Shown piece by piece: positions 9,386-18,213 of a stretch of DNA of 64,000 nucleotides. A program made the translations under genes and the position numbers. Each line of letters opens with the position of its first letter. Position 1 is the first letter of the stretch. The notes under the pieces are model-generated. The model was not told the DNA's origin, did no database searches, and saw only the letters and a list, made by a program, of their open reading frames with translations. The stretch comes from an uncultured virus (IMG/VR IMGVR_UViG_3300020183_006727) (taxonomy: Duplodnaviria > Heunggongvirae > Uroviricota > Caudoviricetes), in IMG/VR virus record IMGVR_UViG_3300020183_006727, one strand, 5' to 3'.

Positions 9386-9814
9386 ATGGATGACCACACC
9401 GAAGAAGAAAGCATCATCACCGATCCCCGCGATGATTGGAACCTTGGCATCATGGCCTGCTTCCACCGTCGTTACAATCTGGGGGACAGGGTGACCGACC
9501 TGCGTGGCGGGACCATCACCGTTGAGGAGGCACGGCGCATCGAGGCGACGAACACCTGCCCCGTCGCTATCGGCGTGTGGGAGCAGTGCGTCGTGCTGCC
9601 CCTCTATCTCTATGACCATAGCGGCATCACCATGAATACCACGGGCTTTGAGTGTCGCTGGGATTCTGGACAAATCGGCATCATCTACGCACCTTACAGC
9701 CGCATCCGAGAGTGCTACGGAGTCAAGCGTGTGACCGCCAAAATGATCGAACGGACGAAGGCAGCACTGCTTGCCGAAGTGAATGACTATGACTCTTGGC
9801 TGCTGGCCGCATGA
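9386..9814 (+). CDS. Conserved hypothetical phage/MGE protein
   Basis: LPLYLYDHSGITM...F.C.WDSGQ.G motif; ATG at motif+30. Confidence 0.75.
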   Translation: MDDHTEEESIITDPRDDWNLGIMACFHRRYNLGDRVTDLRGGTITVEEARRIEATNTCPVAIGVWEQCVVLPLYLYDHSGITMNTTGFECRWDSGQIGIIYAPYSRIRECYGVKRVTAKMIERTKAALLAEVNDYDSWLLAA

Positions 9815-9940
9815 ACACAAGCATGGAAACATTCATCACAGAGATGATGAACCGAGATGAACTCAACCCGATGGTGAAACTGGCAAGATTGGCGGACTGA
9901 CCAACACGCCACCGGCGCGCCGAGTCTGGAGGATATGAGC

Positions 9941-10147
9941 ATGGATGACCACACCATGAGTACATACCTCCTAAAGTACTTCAACGACGGCGAATCAGAT
10001 GCCATCGGTCTGCCTTTGGTAGAATGGTTCATCGTTGAAGCAGATGGCCTAGACCACGCGGTAGAGCAACTTATGAATGCTTACCCCGAAGCAAACTTGG
10101 TCGTAGGATACAAATGTGTTCCTGTGACCCCAGTCATTCAAGGATGA
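9941..10147 (+). CDS. Hypothetical protein sharing its 45-nt leader and start with the 9386 gene
   Basis: ATG at motif+30. Confidence 0.6.
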   Translation: MDDHTMSTYLLKYFNDGESDAIGLPLVEWFIVEADGLDHAVEQLMNAYPEANLVVGYKCVPVTPVIQG

Positions 10148-10165
10148 CCGTTGGAGGACTGTTGC

Positions 10166-10645
10166 ATGACTGAACCCGAACAACCTTTCTCATCACGCCT
10201 GTCGTCGCCGCAACGCGCCGACATCCTCAATCGCCTCACCATCGAACGCAAACGGGCTATTGACGCACTCTTGGCCGATTGCCTTGAAGATCGTATGGCG
10301 GCCACGCTGAAATACGACCTTGAGGTGGCTGCACGGGTGACGCAACGATCACAACTGGAGAGGATTGGCTATTCGTTTCCTTCCCACGAATGTGCAGCAG
10401 CGAAGCACCCTGTGGGGGCTAACTCATGTGACATCGGGTGGCTTCCAAACACCGCATTGGTCAACGCCCTTGCCGAGTTGAATGTGTTCGTTGTGAATAC
10501 AGGGGGGATCGACAATGTGACTCTGTATCAGCGATTGATTACAACCCTTTCAGATGTCATCCCCGACCTTCCCCCATCCGATGATGTCAAAGAATATCTG
10601 GATATGAATGGAACGAATGAAGATCCACGATTCACGAAGGCTTGA
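10166..10645 (+). CDS. Hypothetical protein
   Basis: GGAGG RBS. Confidence 0.7.
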   Translation: MTEPEQPFSSRLSSPQRADILNRLTIERKRAIDALLADCLEDRMAATLKYDLEVAARVTQRSQLERIGYSFPSHECAAAKHPVGANSCDIGWLPNTALVNALAELNVFVVNTGGIDNVTLYQRLITTLSDVIPDLPPSDDVKEYLDMNGTNEDPRFTKA

Positions 10646-10702
10646 CGTCGGCCTCCTCCAGATGGAATGTCAACCGGCGCGCATGGGCTGGATGACTGTC
10701 AC

Positions 10703-10912
10703 ATGACCACACACATCGCCACCCTTGAATCGGCGCACTTCACCTTCACGGCTGCCGCACCGTCCAAGGTCGAGGCCCGTGCGAATCTGATTGCAGGTCT
10801 GGAACGGCACAGCGAACAGTACCGACTCCCCGATAGGTGGTACGAGGAGGATGACATCTCCATCATCTCCGTGGAGGCGGGGGGCTGCACCCGCGATGGG
10901 TCGAACATCTGA
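10703..10912 (+). CDS. Hypothetical protein
   Basis: ATG at motif+30; remnant paralog at 8126. Confidence 0.7.
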   Translation: MTTHIATLESAHFTFTAAAPSKVEARANLIAGLERHSEQYRLPDRWYEEDDISIISVEAGGCTRDGSNI

Positions 10913-11150
10913 CCAAAAGCCAACGCTCTGGCACATCAACACCGCCGCTCCGAAAGGGGCGGCGGTTGTCGTTTCTGGTGATGAGATCAAAAATGAACAC
11001 GGTACTAGAACTGATGGACACCATCGAGGGACCTGCGGGCGTGAACCGGCGCGCAGCGCACCACCCACTGCGCGCCGGTCGTCCACTCCCAAGGCCACCT
11101 GGCGAACAACTGTTCGTCTTGTGACCATCAAATAATCTGGTTTGGGGGTC

Positions 11151-11194
11151 TTGACAAACCGTCACCACCGATGTAAACCCTTGGGTTTACATCG
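11151..11194 (+). promoter_or_regulatory. Sigma70-like promoter overlapped by a 26-bp palindrome (operator-like)
   Basis: TTGACA-N17-TAAACC; CGATGTAAACCC-TT-GGGTTTACATCG at 11169-11194. Confidence 0.45.
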
Positions 11195-11412
11195 CCATTG
11201 ACGGTAGCCCTGATTCAACCCACCCACCGCACCACCGACCCACTGCGCACCTGTGGCGATGCGGGCTTTGCCTTCGGTAACACCGAGCTTGACCTTGACA
11301 GACCGTCAGTCCCGATGTCATCGCCAATGACTGATTCACCTCCTGCCACCACCTGGCTGCCACCACCTGGCAGACCTGATGCTCCGGCGCGCAACGGATG
11401 GGGGATGTGATT

Positions 11413-11721
11413 ATGGAACTGATGACCTCTGAAATCACGAAGGTGATACCCGAGCTCGGCGGACAGGAAGGTAAGGGTATGGATGCGGTCGTCTATGTAA
11501 AGTGGTTCAACCCCACGGGCGGTGAGACATGGTGGATCACCGAATACGACCAGAAGACAAAAGTTGCTTTTGGCTATGTGACTGGCATGACCGAGGACGA
11601 ATGGGGCTACATCAGCCTCAAAGAAATATCAAGCGTCCGCGTCCGCTATGGACTCGGCATCGAACGCGACCTCGGATTCACCCCAAAAACCCTGGGTGAG
11701 TGTCTGCGCAAGCGCACTTGA
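11413..11721 (+). CDS. DUF2958 family protein (copy 1)
   Basis: VK.FNPTG..TWWITEYD...FGYV.G...EWGYISL.E....GLGIERDL.F; ATG at motif+30. Confidence 0.8.
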   Translation: MELMTSEITKVIPELGGQEGKGMDAVVYVKWFNPTGGETWWITEYDQKTKVAFGYVTGMTEDEWGYISLKEISSVRVRYGLGIERDLGFTPKTLGECLRKRT

Positions 11722-11740
11722 CAAATGCTTCTTTTCCATC

Positions 11741-11778
11741 GCAGCGGCCGTCCCTTCGGGGGCGGCTGCTGTCGTTTC
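11741..11778 (+). terminator. GC hairpin with TTCG loop and TGTCGTTTC tail (copy at 14017-14053)
   Basis: GCAGC(G)GCCGTCCC-TTCG-GGGGCGGCTGC after each DUF2958 gene. Confidence 0.65.
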
Positions 11779-12517
11779 GGATGAACAGACGCACCGCCAG
11801 CCGCGCGCCGGTTGACCAGAAAAACAACTGGGGACCAACAAGGTGCTTGTTGATGGCGGAGAGGAACTCGGCCCTCTGGGGACCTGCGGGCTGGCACCGG
11901 CGCGCTGCGCACCGCCAGCCGCGCGCCGGTTGACCAACCTTCCGGCCAGGATTTTTTGGGGCGGAGAATCTTCGTGACGAGAACTGACACACCATCAACG
12001 ACTCCAAAATATTGAGGTTTCCGCACAACCACGATGGGAAACTCGATCTGATGAATCTGACCAAACCTCCACGAAGATTGGGAGGGGTTCGATTGGGGTG
12101 ACATGGCACAGGTGCATGGCTGGCAAATCATCCGTCAGACACAGCACGTTGGGAGGAATACATCAACAGATCACCGGCGCGCCACACGCCGTCGGCCGCC
12201 CACCGCGTGCAGATGGGCTGGGGTTACAGACACCATGCGAGGTGCGGGTCTTCAGGAGGACACGAATAGAAAGGACGAGCTGGAACAAAACGGAACCGGC
12301 GCGCAACCCGTCGCGTGTGGCGTGCCTGTCATCTTGCCCTCTGCTGTCTTTGGTTGGCATCAAGAGGTGGTCTTCTGGCGTGCCACACACCGCAAGAGGC
12401 GCACCGCGTTCATCAGGCAGCACACCGCCACCACCACAACAACACAGATCCCGACAGGAACTCGGCCCCCTGGGGACCAGCAGCGTGACCGGCGCGCAGG
12501 GGGTGGGGTACATGGTT

Positions 12518-12721
12518 ATGGAGACATCACAAGCAGAAACCGAACGGATGGTGGACAGCCAACCGAAGCCGACACAGAAACAACTCGACATCCGCGAAGA
12601 AATGGAGGAGGCACTCAGTCGCCTGCGTGCTGATCGTGCGCTTTCTGGTCACCACCTTGACCTCATCCTCCGCAGTCCGAAAGGGATACTCACCCTTGCG
12701 CGGATGGGGCTTTCAGGTTGA
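12518..12721 (+). CDS. Small hypothetical protein (paralog A)
   Basis: ATG at motif+30; EALSRLRA...LILRSP.GIL.LA.MG shared with 13053. Confidence 0.7.
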   Translation: METSQAETERMVDSQPKPTQKQLDIREEMEEALSRLRADRALSGHHLDLILRSPKGILTLARMGLSG

Positions 12722-12810
12722 TGGGAGGCGGGGCGGCGGGGAGACGGGGAGGCGGAGCGTAGGGGGGGTCGGGGAGGCGGAGTGGCGGGAAGGGATGCTG
12801 AAACTTCATG

Positions 12811-12838
12811 AACCTCTGCCGTCTGGCAGGGGTTTTTT
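12811..12838 (+). terminator. Intrinsic terminator
   Basis: AACCTCTGCC-GTCT-GGCAGGGGTT followed by TTTT. Confidence 0.65.
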
Positions 12839-13052
12839 CATATGGACATGGGCGGCGGAACCCACATGGAGAACTCGGCCCTGGGGACCTGCGTGCGGTA
12901 ACCGGCGCGCTGCGCACCGCAAGAGGCACACCGCGTTCATCAGGCAGCACACCGCCACCACCACAACAACACAGATCCCGACAGGAACTCGGCCCTGGGA
13001 AACCGGTTACCTGCCCGCGTGAACCGGCGCGCAGGGGGTGGGGGACATGGTC

Positions 13053-13262
13053 ATGGAGACACCACAAGCAGCAACCGAACGGATGGTGGACAACCAACCG
13101 CAGCCGACACGGGGAAAGCCCAACATGAATGAAGAGCGGAAGGAGGCACTCAGTCGCCTGCGTGCAGGGGAACCGCTGTCCAGTCGTCAACTCAACCTCA
13201 TCCTCCGCAGTCCAAACGGGATACTCGCCCTTGCACAGATGGGGTGGTTCACCCCAGCCTAG
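13053..13262 (+). CDS. Small hypothetical protein (paralog B)
   Basis: ATG at motif+30. Confidence 0.7.
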   Translation: METPQAATERMVDNQPQPTRGKPNMNEERKEALSRLRAGEPLSSRQLNLILRSPNGILALAQMGWFTPA

Positions 13263-13688
13263 AAGATCAGAGGAGTTGGATTGGGGCGACATGGATCTCT
13301 GCCATCGGGCAGGGGTCCATGTCTGTTTATATGGCATGGGTGTATGGCTGACAACTCATCCGCTCACACATGGCATGGTGTTGACAACTCACCATTGATA
13401 CACATCAAGTTGAAGAAACATGGCTGCCGACGACGGCTCGCCGGCGCGCGTCGCACCACCCCCTGCGCGCCGGTGTCGCCATAATAAAAACAACAAAGCT
13501 ATGGTAAGGACGTTGCTGCCGAAACCGGCGCGCTGCGCACCACCCACTGCGCGCCGGTGTCGCACCGGAGGCCTTGGGCGCGAAGCATTTGTTGTTGCTT
13601 ATGATTGTGCGGGCAACCCACATCTGCTTTGGCGGGTGAGAAGTTTTAGCAAACATCAACCGGCGCGCTGCGGATGGGGGACATGATT

Positions 13689-13997
13689 ATGAAACTGATG
13701 ACCTCCGAAATCAAGAGAAAAATCCCCGCATTGCGGGCGCAAGAGGGGCTAGGTTGGGATGCGGTTGTCCATGTCAAGTTGTTTGACCCAACGGGTTCCG
13801 CAACATGGTGGATCACCGAATACGACCCCGAGGAGGAAATCGCCTTCGGATACGTGACGGGTATGGTCGAGGACGAATGGGGCTATGTCAGCCTCAAAGA
13901 AATATCAAGCGTCCGCGTCCGCTATGGACTCGGCATCGAACGCGACCTCAGCCACAGACCCAAACCCCTGAGTGAGTGCCTGCGCAAGCACACTTGA
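13689..13997 (+). CDS. DUF2958 family protein (copy 2)
   Basis: Paralog of 11413-11721; ATG at motif+30. Confidence 0.8.
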   Translation: MKLMTSEIKRKIPALRAQEGLGWDAVVHVKLFDPTGSATWWITEYDPEEEIAFGYVTGMVEDEWGYVSLKEISSVRVRYGLGIERDLSHRPKPLSECLRKHT

Positions 13998-14428
13998 TAG
14001 GGGGGATATTTTCACGGCAGCGCCGTCCCTTCGGGGGCGGCTGCTGTCGTTTCGGGGGTACACGCATCCCCCTGCGCGCCGGTTGATGTAGACTAAACAG
14101 ATTCAGCCAGATGTCATCGCTGTCTGATCGGGGAGACGGAGACTCTAACCACTTGTGGTGTGCAGTCCACCCTCCAGAACCCCGCACCGGCGCGCTGCAC
14201 GCATCCACATGCGCGCCGGTTGCCCGTCGCCGAAAAGAGTTAGCAAGATCTTGTTGTCTGATCGGAGAGACGGAGACTCTAACCACCTGCCGCGTGCAGT
14301 CCACACCCGACATCGCTGACCTGCTCACCAGGACCCCGCACCGGCGCGCTGCACGCATCCACATGCGCGCCGGTCGGGCTATCGTAACAACTGGGTGATC
14401 GAGGGAACTCGCGGCTTCAGCATGACTC

Positions 14429-14566
14429 CATCTCTGGGTAGCGTGGGGCGACATCTCTGGGTAGCGTGGGGCGACATCTGTGGGTAGCGTGGGGCGACAT
14501 CTGTGGGTAGCGTGGGGCGACATCTGTGGGTAGCGTGGGGCGACATCTGTGGGTAGCGTGGGGCGA
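14429..14566 (+). repeat. Tandem repeat, 6 x 23 bp CATCT(C/G)TGGGTAGCGTGGGGCGA
   Basis: Six contiguous copies with no spacers. Confidence 0.97.
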
Positions 14567-15196
14567 CGGGGGATCCGTCTGTTGGAGTCACCCAACCACA
14601 ATCATTGATGATCAGGAACTCCTACGTATCGGTCGACCGGCGCGCCACACCACACCACATGCGCGCCGGTGCATAACCCGGGTACAGAAACTCAAGCTGC
14701 ACGAGTCAGCATAATGCTCTGCTGACCATCTGCTCGAGCGGACGGGCCAACTTGACCCGCCTCCGGCGCGCTGCACGCATCCACATGCGCGCCGGTGTGA
14801 ACACCGGCCGGTGTTGCACTCCAAGCACCTTCTCGTTCTTCGCAACATGTCATGGGTGCAGCGTGCTGCACGCATCCACATGCGCGCCGGTGTGAACACC
14901 GGCCGGTGTTGCACCGTCTCTTTCTTCGCAACATGTCATGGGTGCATACCCCCACCCCGGGGGGGTCTTATGGCAGTTTGATTCCCCCCACCGGGGATAC
15001 CTTAGGCCCAAGCGCCCTCATCTTCATTTTCCCTGGGACGGGGATACCTTTTGTGAACTGGGGGGTAAGATATTTGGCAACCTGTCGGGACGTGGGTGGT
15101 ATGGGTGGGGCTGGAGTCGTAATTTTGAAAAAAGGGGATACCTTAGCTTGGAGGTAAGAATAGATAATTCTCATCAGCACAAAGGAGGATTCATGT

Positions 15197-15679
15197 ATGA
15201 TATACAGGCTTTCAAAGAACGACTGGGTTGAAATAGGGAAGAAAACTGGCTGGCTGAAGACGGCTTATATTCATCATGGTTATGATGGGGGTAAATTGAT
15301 GAGGGCGCTGGAAGGGGGAGATTTAAAATCTTTCGTTGATTCCATAGAAGAAGAGAACGCTCAAATGGCAGCAGATACCCTCCATTTAGAGAGAGACATT
15401 TACGCTTATTCTTTAGATCAAGGTTTCACCAACGGTGACACGGACACGCATGTGCCATCTCAAAAAGAAACGATCCTGGTTGGATTCATAGAGAAGTTAT
15501 CCAAGATTCTCGAGATGATGAAGGACAAGTTCCCGAATATCAAGACAAAAGACCCCACAGAGGCCATATTGGATATTCTCAGCCATGAGGGGGAAAGAGG
15601 AGCTCATAGAGATGAGAATGCGACTGGAGATCCTCTCAGCGATGAGGCCGTCCGCGAGGCGGCCGAACGACATCAATGA
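15197..15679 (+). CDS. Hypothetical protein with LSKNDWVEIGKKTGWLKTA leader
   Basis: AGGAGG RBS; shared leader motif. Confidence 0.8.
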   Translation: MIYRLSKNDWVEIGKKTGWLKTAYIHHGYDGGKLMRALEGGDLKSFVDSIEEENAQMAADTLHLERDIYAYSLDQGFTNGDTDTHVPSQKETILVGFIEKLSKILEMMKDKFPNIKTKDPTEAILDILSHEGERGAHRDENATGDPLSDEAVREAAERHQ

Positions 15680-15845
15680 ATAGAGGACTTCATCAATCGC
15701 CCTCTTCAGACAGAAGAATAGCACATGCTCACACAGACTTTCCTAGCCATAGTGTTGCGCGTTGCTGAGAAGGCTTGTTGGCTCAAAAAGGCTGAAAGAA
15801 AATTAGTCGCACGGCTCTCTGCCTGCGCCCACAATGGCGTGTAGC

Positions 15846-16784
15846 ATGTGGTACAAGAGGGCAAAAGACACCCTGCACCTTTTAGAGTCCAAGCGGACTG
15901 TTGACCTTGTGGCTCTCAGAGGAAAAACCGGGGGACAAGAAACACTTCTGGTCCTCCGTTTCGGGGGGGGCAGAGGGATGAACTGGTGGGGCGCTGCGAA
16001 TGACAATCCTGAGCAGCAGCGTGCCAAGCACCCATACAGGTCACTGCTTGAGGCGTGGGACAGGTACAACGGTGACGGTGCAGAGATTCAGACTCCAGAG
16101 GATCTTGCGGACACTGTCGAGTCTTTGCTTGAAGATGACCGTGCACCAGCAGAGTTGGACGAGGCAGTTCGCAAGTTCCGCGAGGATCAGACCTACGACA
16201 TCGAGGTCAAGGGCCGTGGCGAGATGGACACGGCTGGCGAGCAGCTTGAGATTGCGGTGCAGAAAGCAGCCGAGACCATCAGACAAGAGATGGGGGGCGC
16301 GACTCCCACTCCAGGGGGGAGCGGTGCGGAAATCGATGCTGGCAGGTTTACAGGGTACACGGACAGAGAGGTTGGGGAGATGTTGGATCACGCATACATG
16401 GCTGGCGCACCCCAGGGGATCATCGACATGCTTGAGACGGAGTTGGACCTGCGCGAGAGGGAAGAAGACGACCCGTCCGGCGGAGATGATGAGCCCAACA
16501 GGAGCAACATGGGTCTTGGTGTTGAAGAACTGATGCGGCAAGCAGCGTTGCGGGGGAGAAATGAGAACATGTCCCCCGCACAGCTGGGGGCGGAAATCCG
16601 CAGAGACGGCGACTTTGCCGTGATGACAGGTGCAATTCCGCTTGCGACAGTCAGTGATGCAGAACTTGGGCAGGAGGCCTACGACGCGTTGCAGGCGCAC
16701 GAGGATCGCATCTCCGCAATCCGGAGGAGGATGTCAACAGATGCCGGGCGGCGGCCCTCTACCCGTGCTGGAGAGGACACCTGA
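15846..16784 (+). CDS. Acidic hypothetical protein with MWYKRA leader; first ~42 codons duplicated in the Nudix gene
   Basis: Long ORF; nt repeat of 15845-15969 at 16785-16909. Confidence 0.75.
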   Translation: MWYKRAKDTLHLLESKRTVDLVALRGKTGGQETLLVLRFGGGRGMNWWGAANDNPEQQRAKHPYRSLLEAWDRYNGDGAEIQTPEDLADTVESLLEDDRAPAELDEAVRKFREDQTYDIEVKGRGEMDTAGEQLEIAVQKAAETIRQEMGGATPTPGGSGAEIDAGRFTGYTDREVGEMLDHAYMAGAPQGIIDMLETELDLREREEDDPSGGDDEPNRSNMGLGVEELMRQAALRGRNENMSPAQLGAEIRRDGDFAVMTGAIPLATVSDAELGQEAYDALQAHEDRISAIRRRMSTDAGRRPSTRAGEDT

Positions 16785-16785
16785 C

Positions 16786-17628
16786 ATGTGGTACAAGAGG
16801 GCAAAAGACACCCTGCACCTTTTGGGGGTCAATCCAACTGTTGACCTTGTGGCTCTCAGAGGAAAAACCGGGGGAGAAGAAATACTTCTGGTTCTCCGCT
16901 CCGGGGGGGCTGTGGAGGGCGGCAGGTGGGCCCTCCCAGGTGGCTTCATCAACACAGACGCACAGAGGGGTGAGAGGTGGAAAGAGGGTCGTGAATCTCC
17001 GAGAGAGGCAGCGGTCCGTGAAACGTTGGAAGAAACAGGTGTATCCGTTGACCCTGGAGACCTCATTGAGGTGGGGGTGTTTGAGGGTGGAGGCAGAGAC
17101 CCACGCGACTCCCCAGATTCATGGACCAAATCCCATGCATTTGCCGTTCGCGTTGACGGAAGCCCCCGGGCAAGGGGCGGGGACGACGCATCAGACGCAG
17201 AGTGGTTTCCGTTGGAGGAACTGCCCACCATGGCATTTGACCACAGGGAGATCGTTTCTGCGGCTCTCAGGAAGCTTGGGAGGCGTGAGAAGACCGCAGC
17301 ACGAGTTGCAGGAGCAGCACGAGAGGCAGGGTCTGGTGACCATCTCACCCTTGGTGACCTTGTCACCCTGAAGGTGGGGATGAAGGACGCCGACTTCTGG
17401 ATCATCAGGCGCGGGAGCCCCGACAGGGTGGGAACCCCCGTGAGGGATTGGGGGTCAGAGTTGATCGGTGTGAAGGTGGAGAGAACCGACCTGCTCCTGC
17501 CCGACTACCTCTTCCACATGATCATGCACATCGCGAACACTGGTTATTTCCGCCGCTTTTCAACGGGAACGGTTGGGATAAAGCACATAACCATATCCGA
17601 TGTGGCCAACATTCCAATCGGAAGGTGA
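16786..17628 (+). CDS. Nudix hydrolase (ADP-ribose pyrophosphatase/NrtR-like N-terminus) fused to a C-terminal phage domain
   Basis: WALPGGF, Nudix box GRESPREAAVRETLEETG, RDPR, GGDDA, MAFDH; C-terminal DADFWIIRRGS domain after KTA. Confidence 0.85.
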   Translation: MWYKRAKDTLHLLGVNPTVDLVALRGKTGGEEILLVLRSGGAVEGGRWALPGGFINTDAQRGERWKEGRESPREAAVRETLEETGVSVDPGDLIEVGVFEGGGRDPRDSPDSWTKSHAFAVRVDGSPRARGGDDASDAEWFPLEELPTMAFDHREIVSAALRKLGRREKTAARVAGAAREAGSGDHLTLGDLVTLKVGMKDADFWIIRRGSPDRVGTPVRDWGSELIGVKVERTDLLLPDYLFHMIMHIANTGYFRRFSTGTVGIKHITISDVANIPIGR

Positions 17629-17761
17629 AGTTTGGTGTGGAGTGGAATGAAGGTTCTTTCCTCTTTTAAAGGTATCTAAATGTGGACATAAATCGATGAT
17701 ACATCAACATGAACAAATTTGCAACAATTTCCGCAACAGGACAGAAAGAGGATAAGAAGGC

Positions 17762-18199
17762 ATGTTTTCATCTGAACTTATAAGCCTGGTTGGTGGTGGA
17801 CTTGTGGGGTTCCTCTTCAGGTACATGGCGCAGAAGAGCGCCGACCAGAAGGAGATGTTCAACCAACTGATTCAGGCGAACATACAGACAAGAGAAAATC
17901 AAGACAAAGCAGCAGCGAGGGTTCCAATCGACACGGGCAGGGTGGTTCGTCAGATTATTGTGCTGACGATCCTCTTTGGGGCGTTCGCAGCCCCGTTCAT
18001 CCTCCCATTCTTTGGGATTCCAACGTTCGTCGAAGTCGATGTGAAGAATCCAGAAGGCCTCTTTGGCCTCATCCCGGCAACGGTCAAGAAAGCATTCGTT
18101 GAGGTCAATGGGTTTTTCTGGACATCAGAAAACCGCGAAGTGCTCCTCAGCATTGTTGGCTTCTACTTCGGCACTGCCGCAGCAACAACCAAAAAGTAA
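17762..18199 (+). CDS. Membrane protein (holin-like candidate)
   Basis: 2-3 hydrophobic segments; C-terminal IVGFYFG. Confidence 0.55.
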   Translation: MFSSELISLVGGGLVGFLFRYMAQKSADQKEMFNQLIQANIQTRENQDKAAARVPIDTGRVVRQIIVLTILFGAFAAPFILPFFGIPTFVEVDVKNPEGLFGLIPATVKKAFVEVNGFFWTSENREVLLSIVGFYFGTAAATTKK

Positions 18200-18213
18200 T
18201 GAGGCGCAGAGAA

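Larger units (their letters stand above)
12389..13240 (+). repeat. Tandem duplicated module (~12389-12710 and ~12917-13245): near-identical ~75-nt leader plus motif plus small ORF
   Basis: CACCGCGTTCATCAGGCAGCACACCGCCACCACCACAACAACACAGATCCCGACAGGAACTCGGCCC occurs twice. Confidence 0.9.
11045..14891. repeat. Family of 35-bp palindromes ACCGGCGCGC-N15-GCGCGCCGGT starting at 11045, 11896, 13440, 13524, 14186, 14340, 14636, 14762; right half-sites at 11802, 14074, 14882
   Basis: Arms and 15-nt spacers counted directly; spacers C/A-rich (e.g. TGCACGCATCCACAT). Confidence 0.92.

Noticed and set aside
109..11200. Minus-strand ORFs over the small-gene array (e.g. 6006-6641, 6678-7427)
   Set aside because: Antisense shadows of better-supported + genes
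426..13700. Motif as a sigma54 -24/-12 promoter
   Set aside because: GGCGCG resembles the -24 box, but the GC expected 10 nt after the GG is not conserved
14429..14566. CRISPR array
   Set aside because: Repeats are contiguous with no unique spacers, and no cas genes were seen
11045..14891. Palindromes as CRISPR repeats or classical integron attC sites
   Set aside because: Irregular spacing, no RYYYAAC/GTTRRRY boxes, and no integrase in the window
11720..15190. Long ORFs in the repeat region (e.g. 13948-14601 -, 12690-13337 -, 12103-12633 +)
   Set aside because: Low-complexity translations of GC-rich repeats with no RBS or motif support
17340..17628. Type I restriction-modification specificity subunit
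   Set aside because: Only a short, loosely similar C-terminal domain; no hsdM or hsdR neighbours
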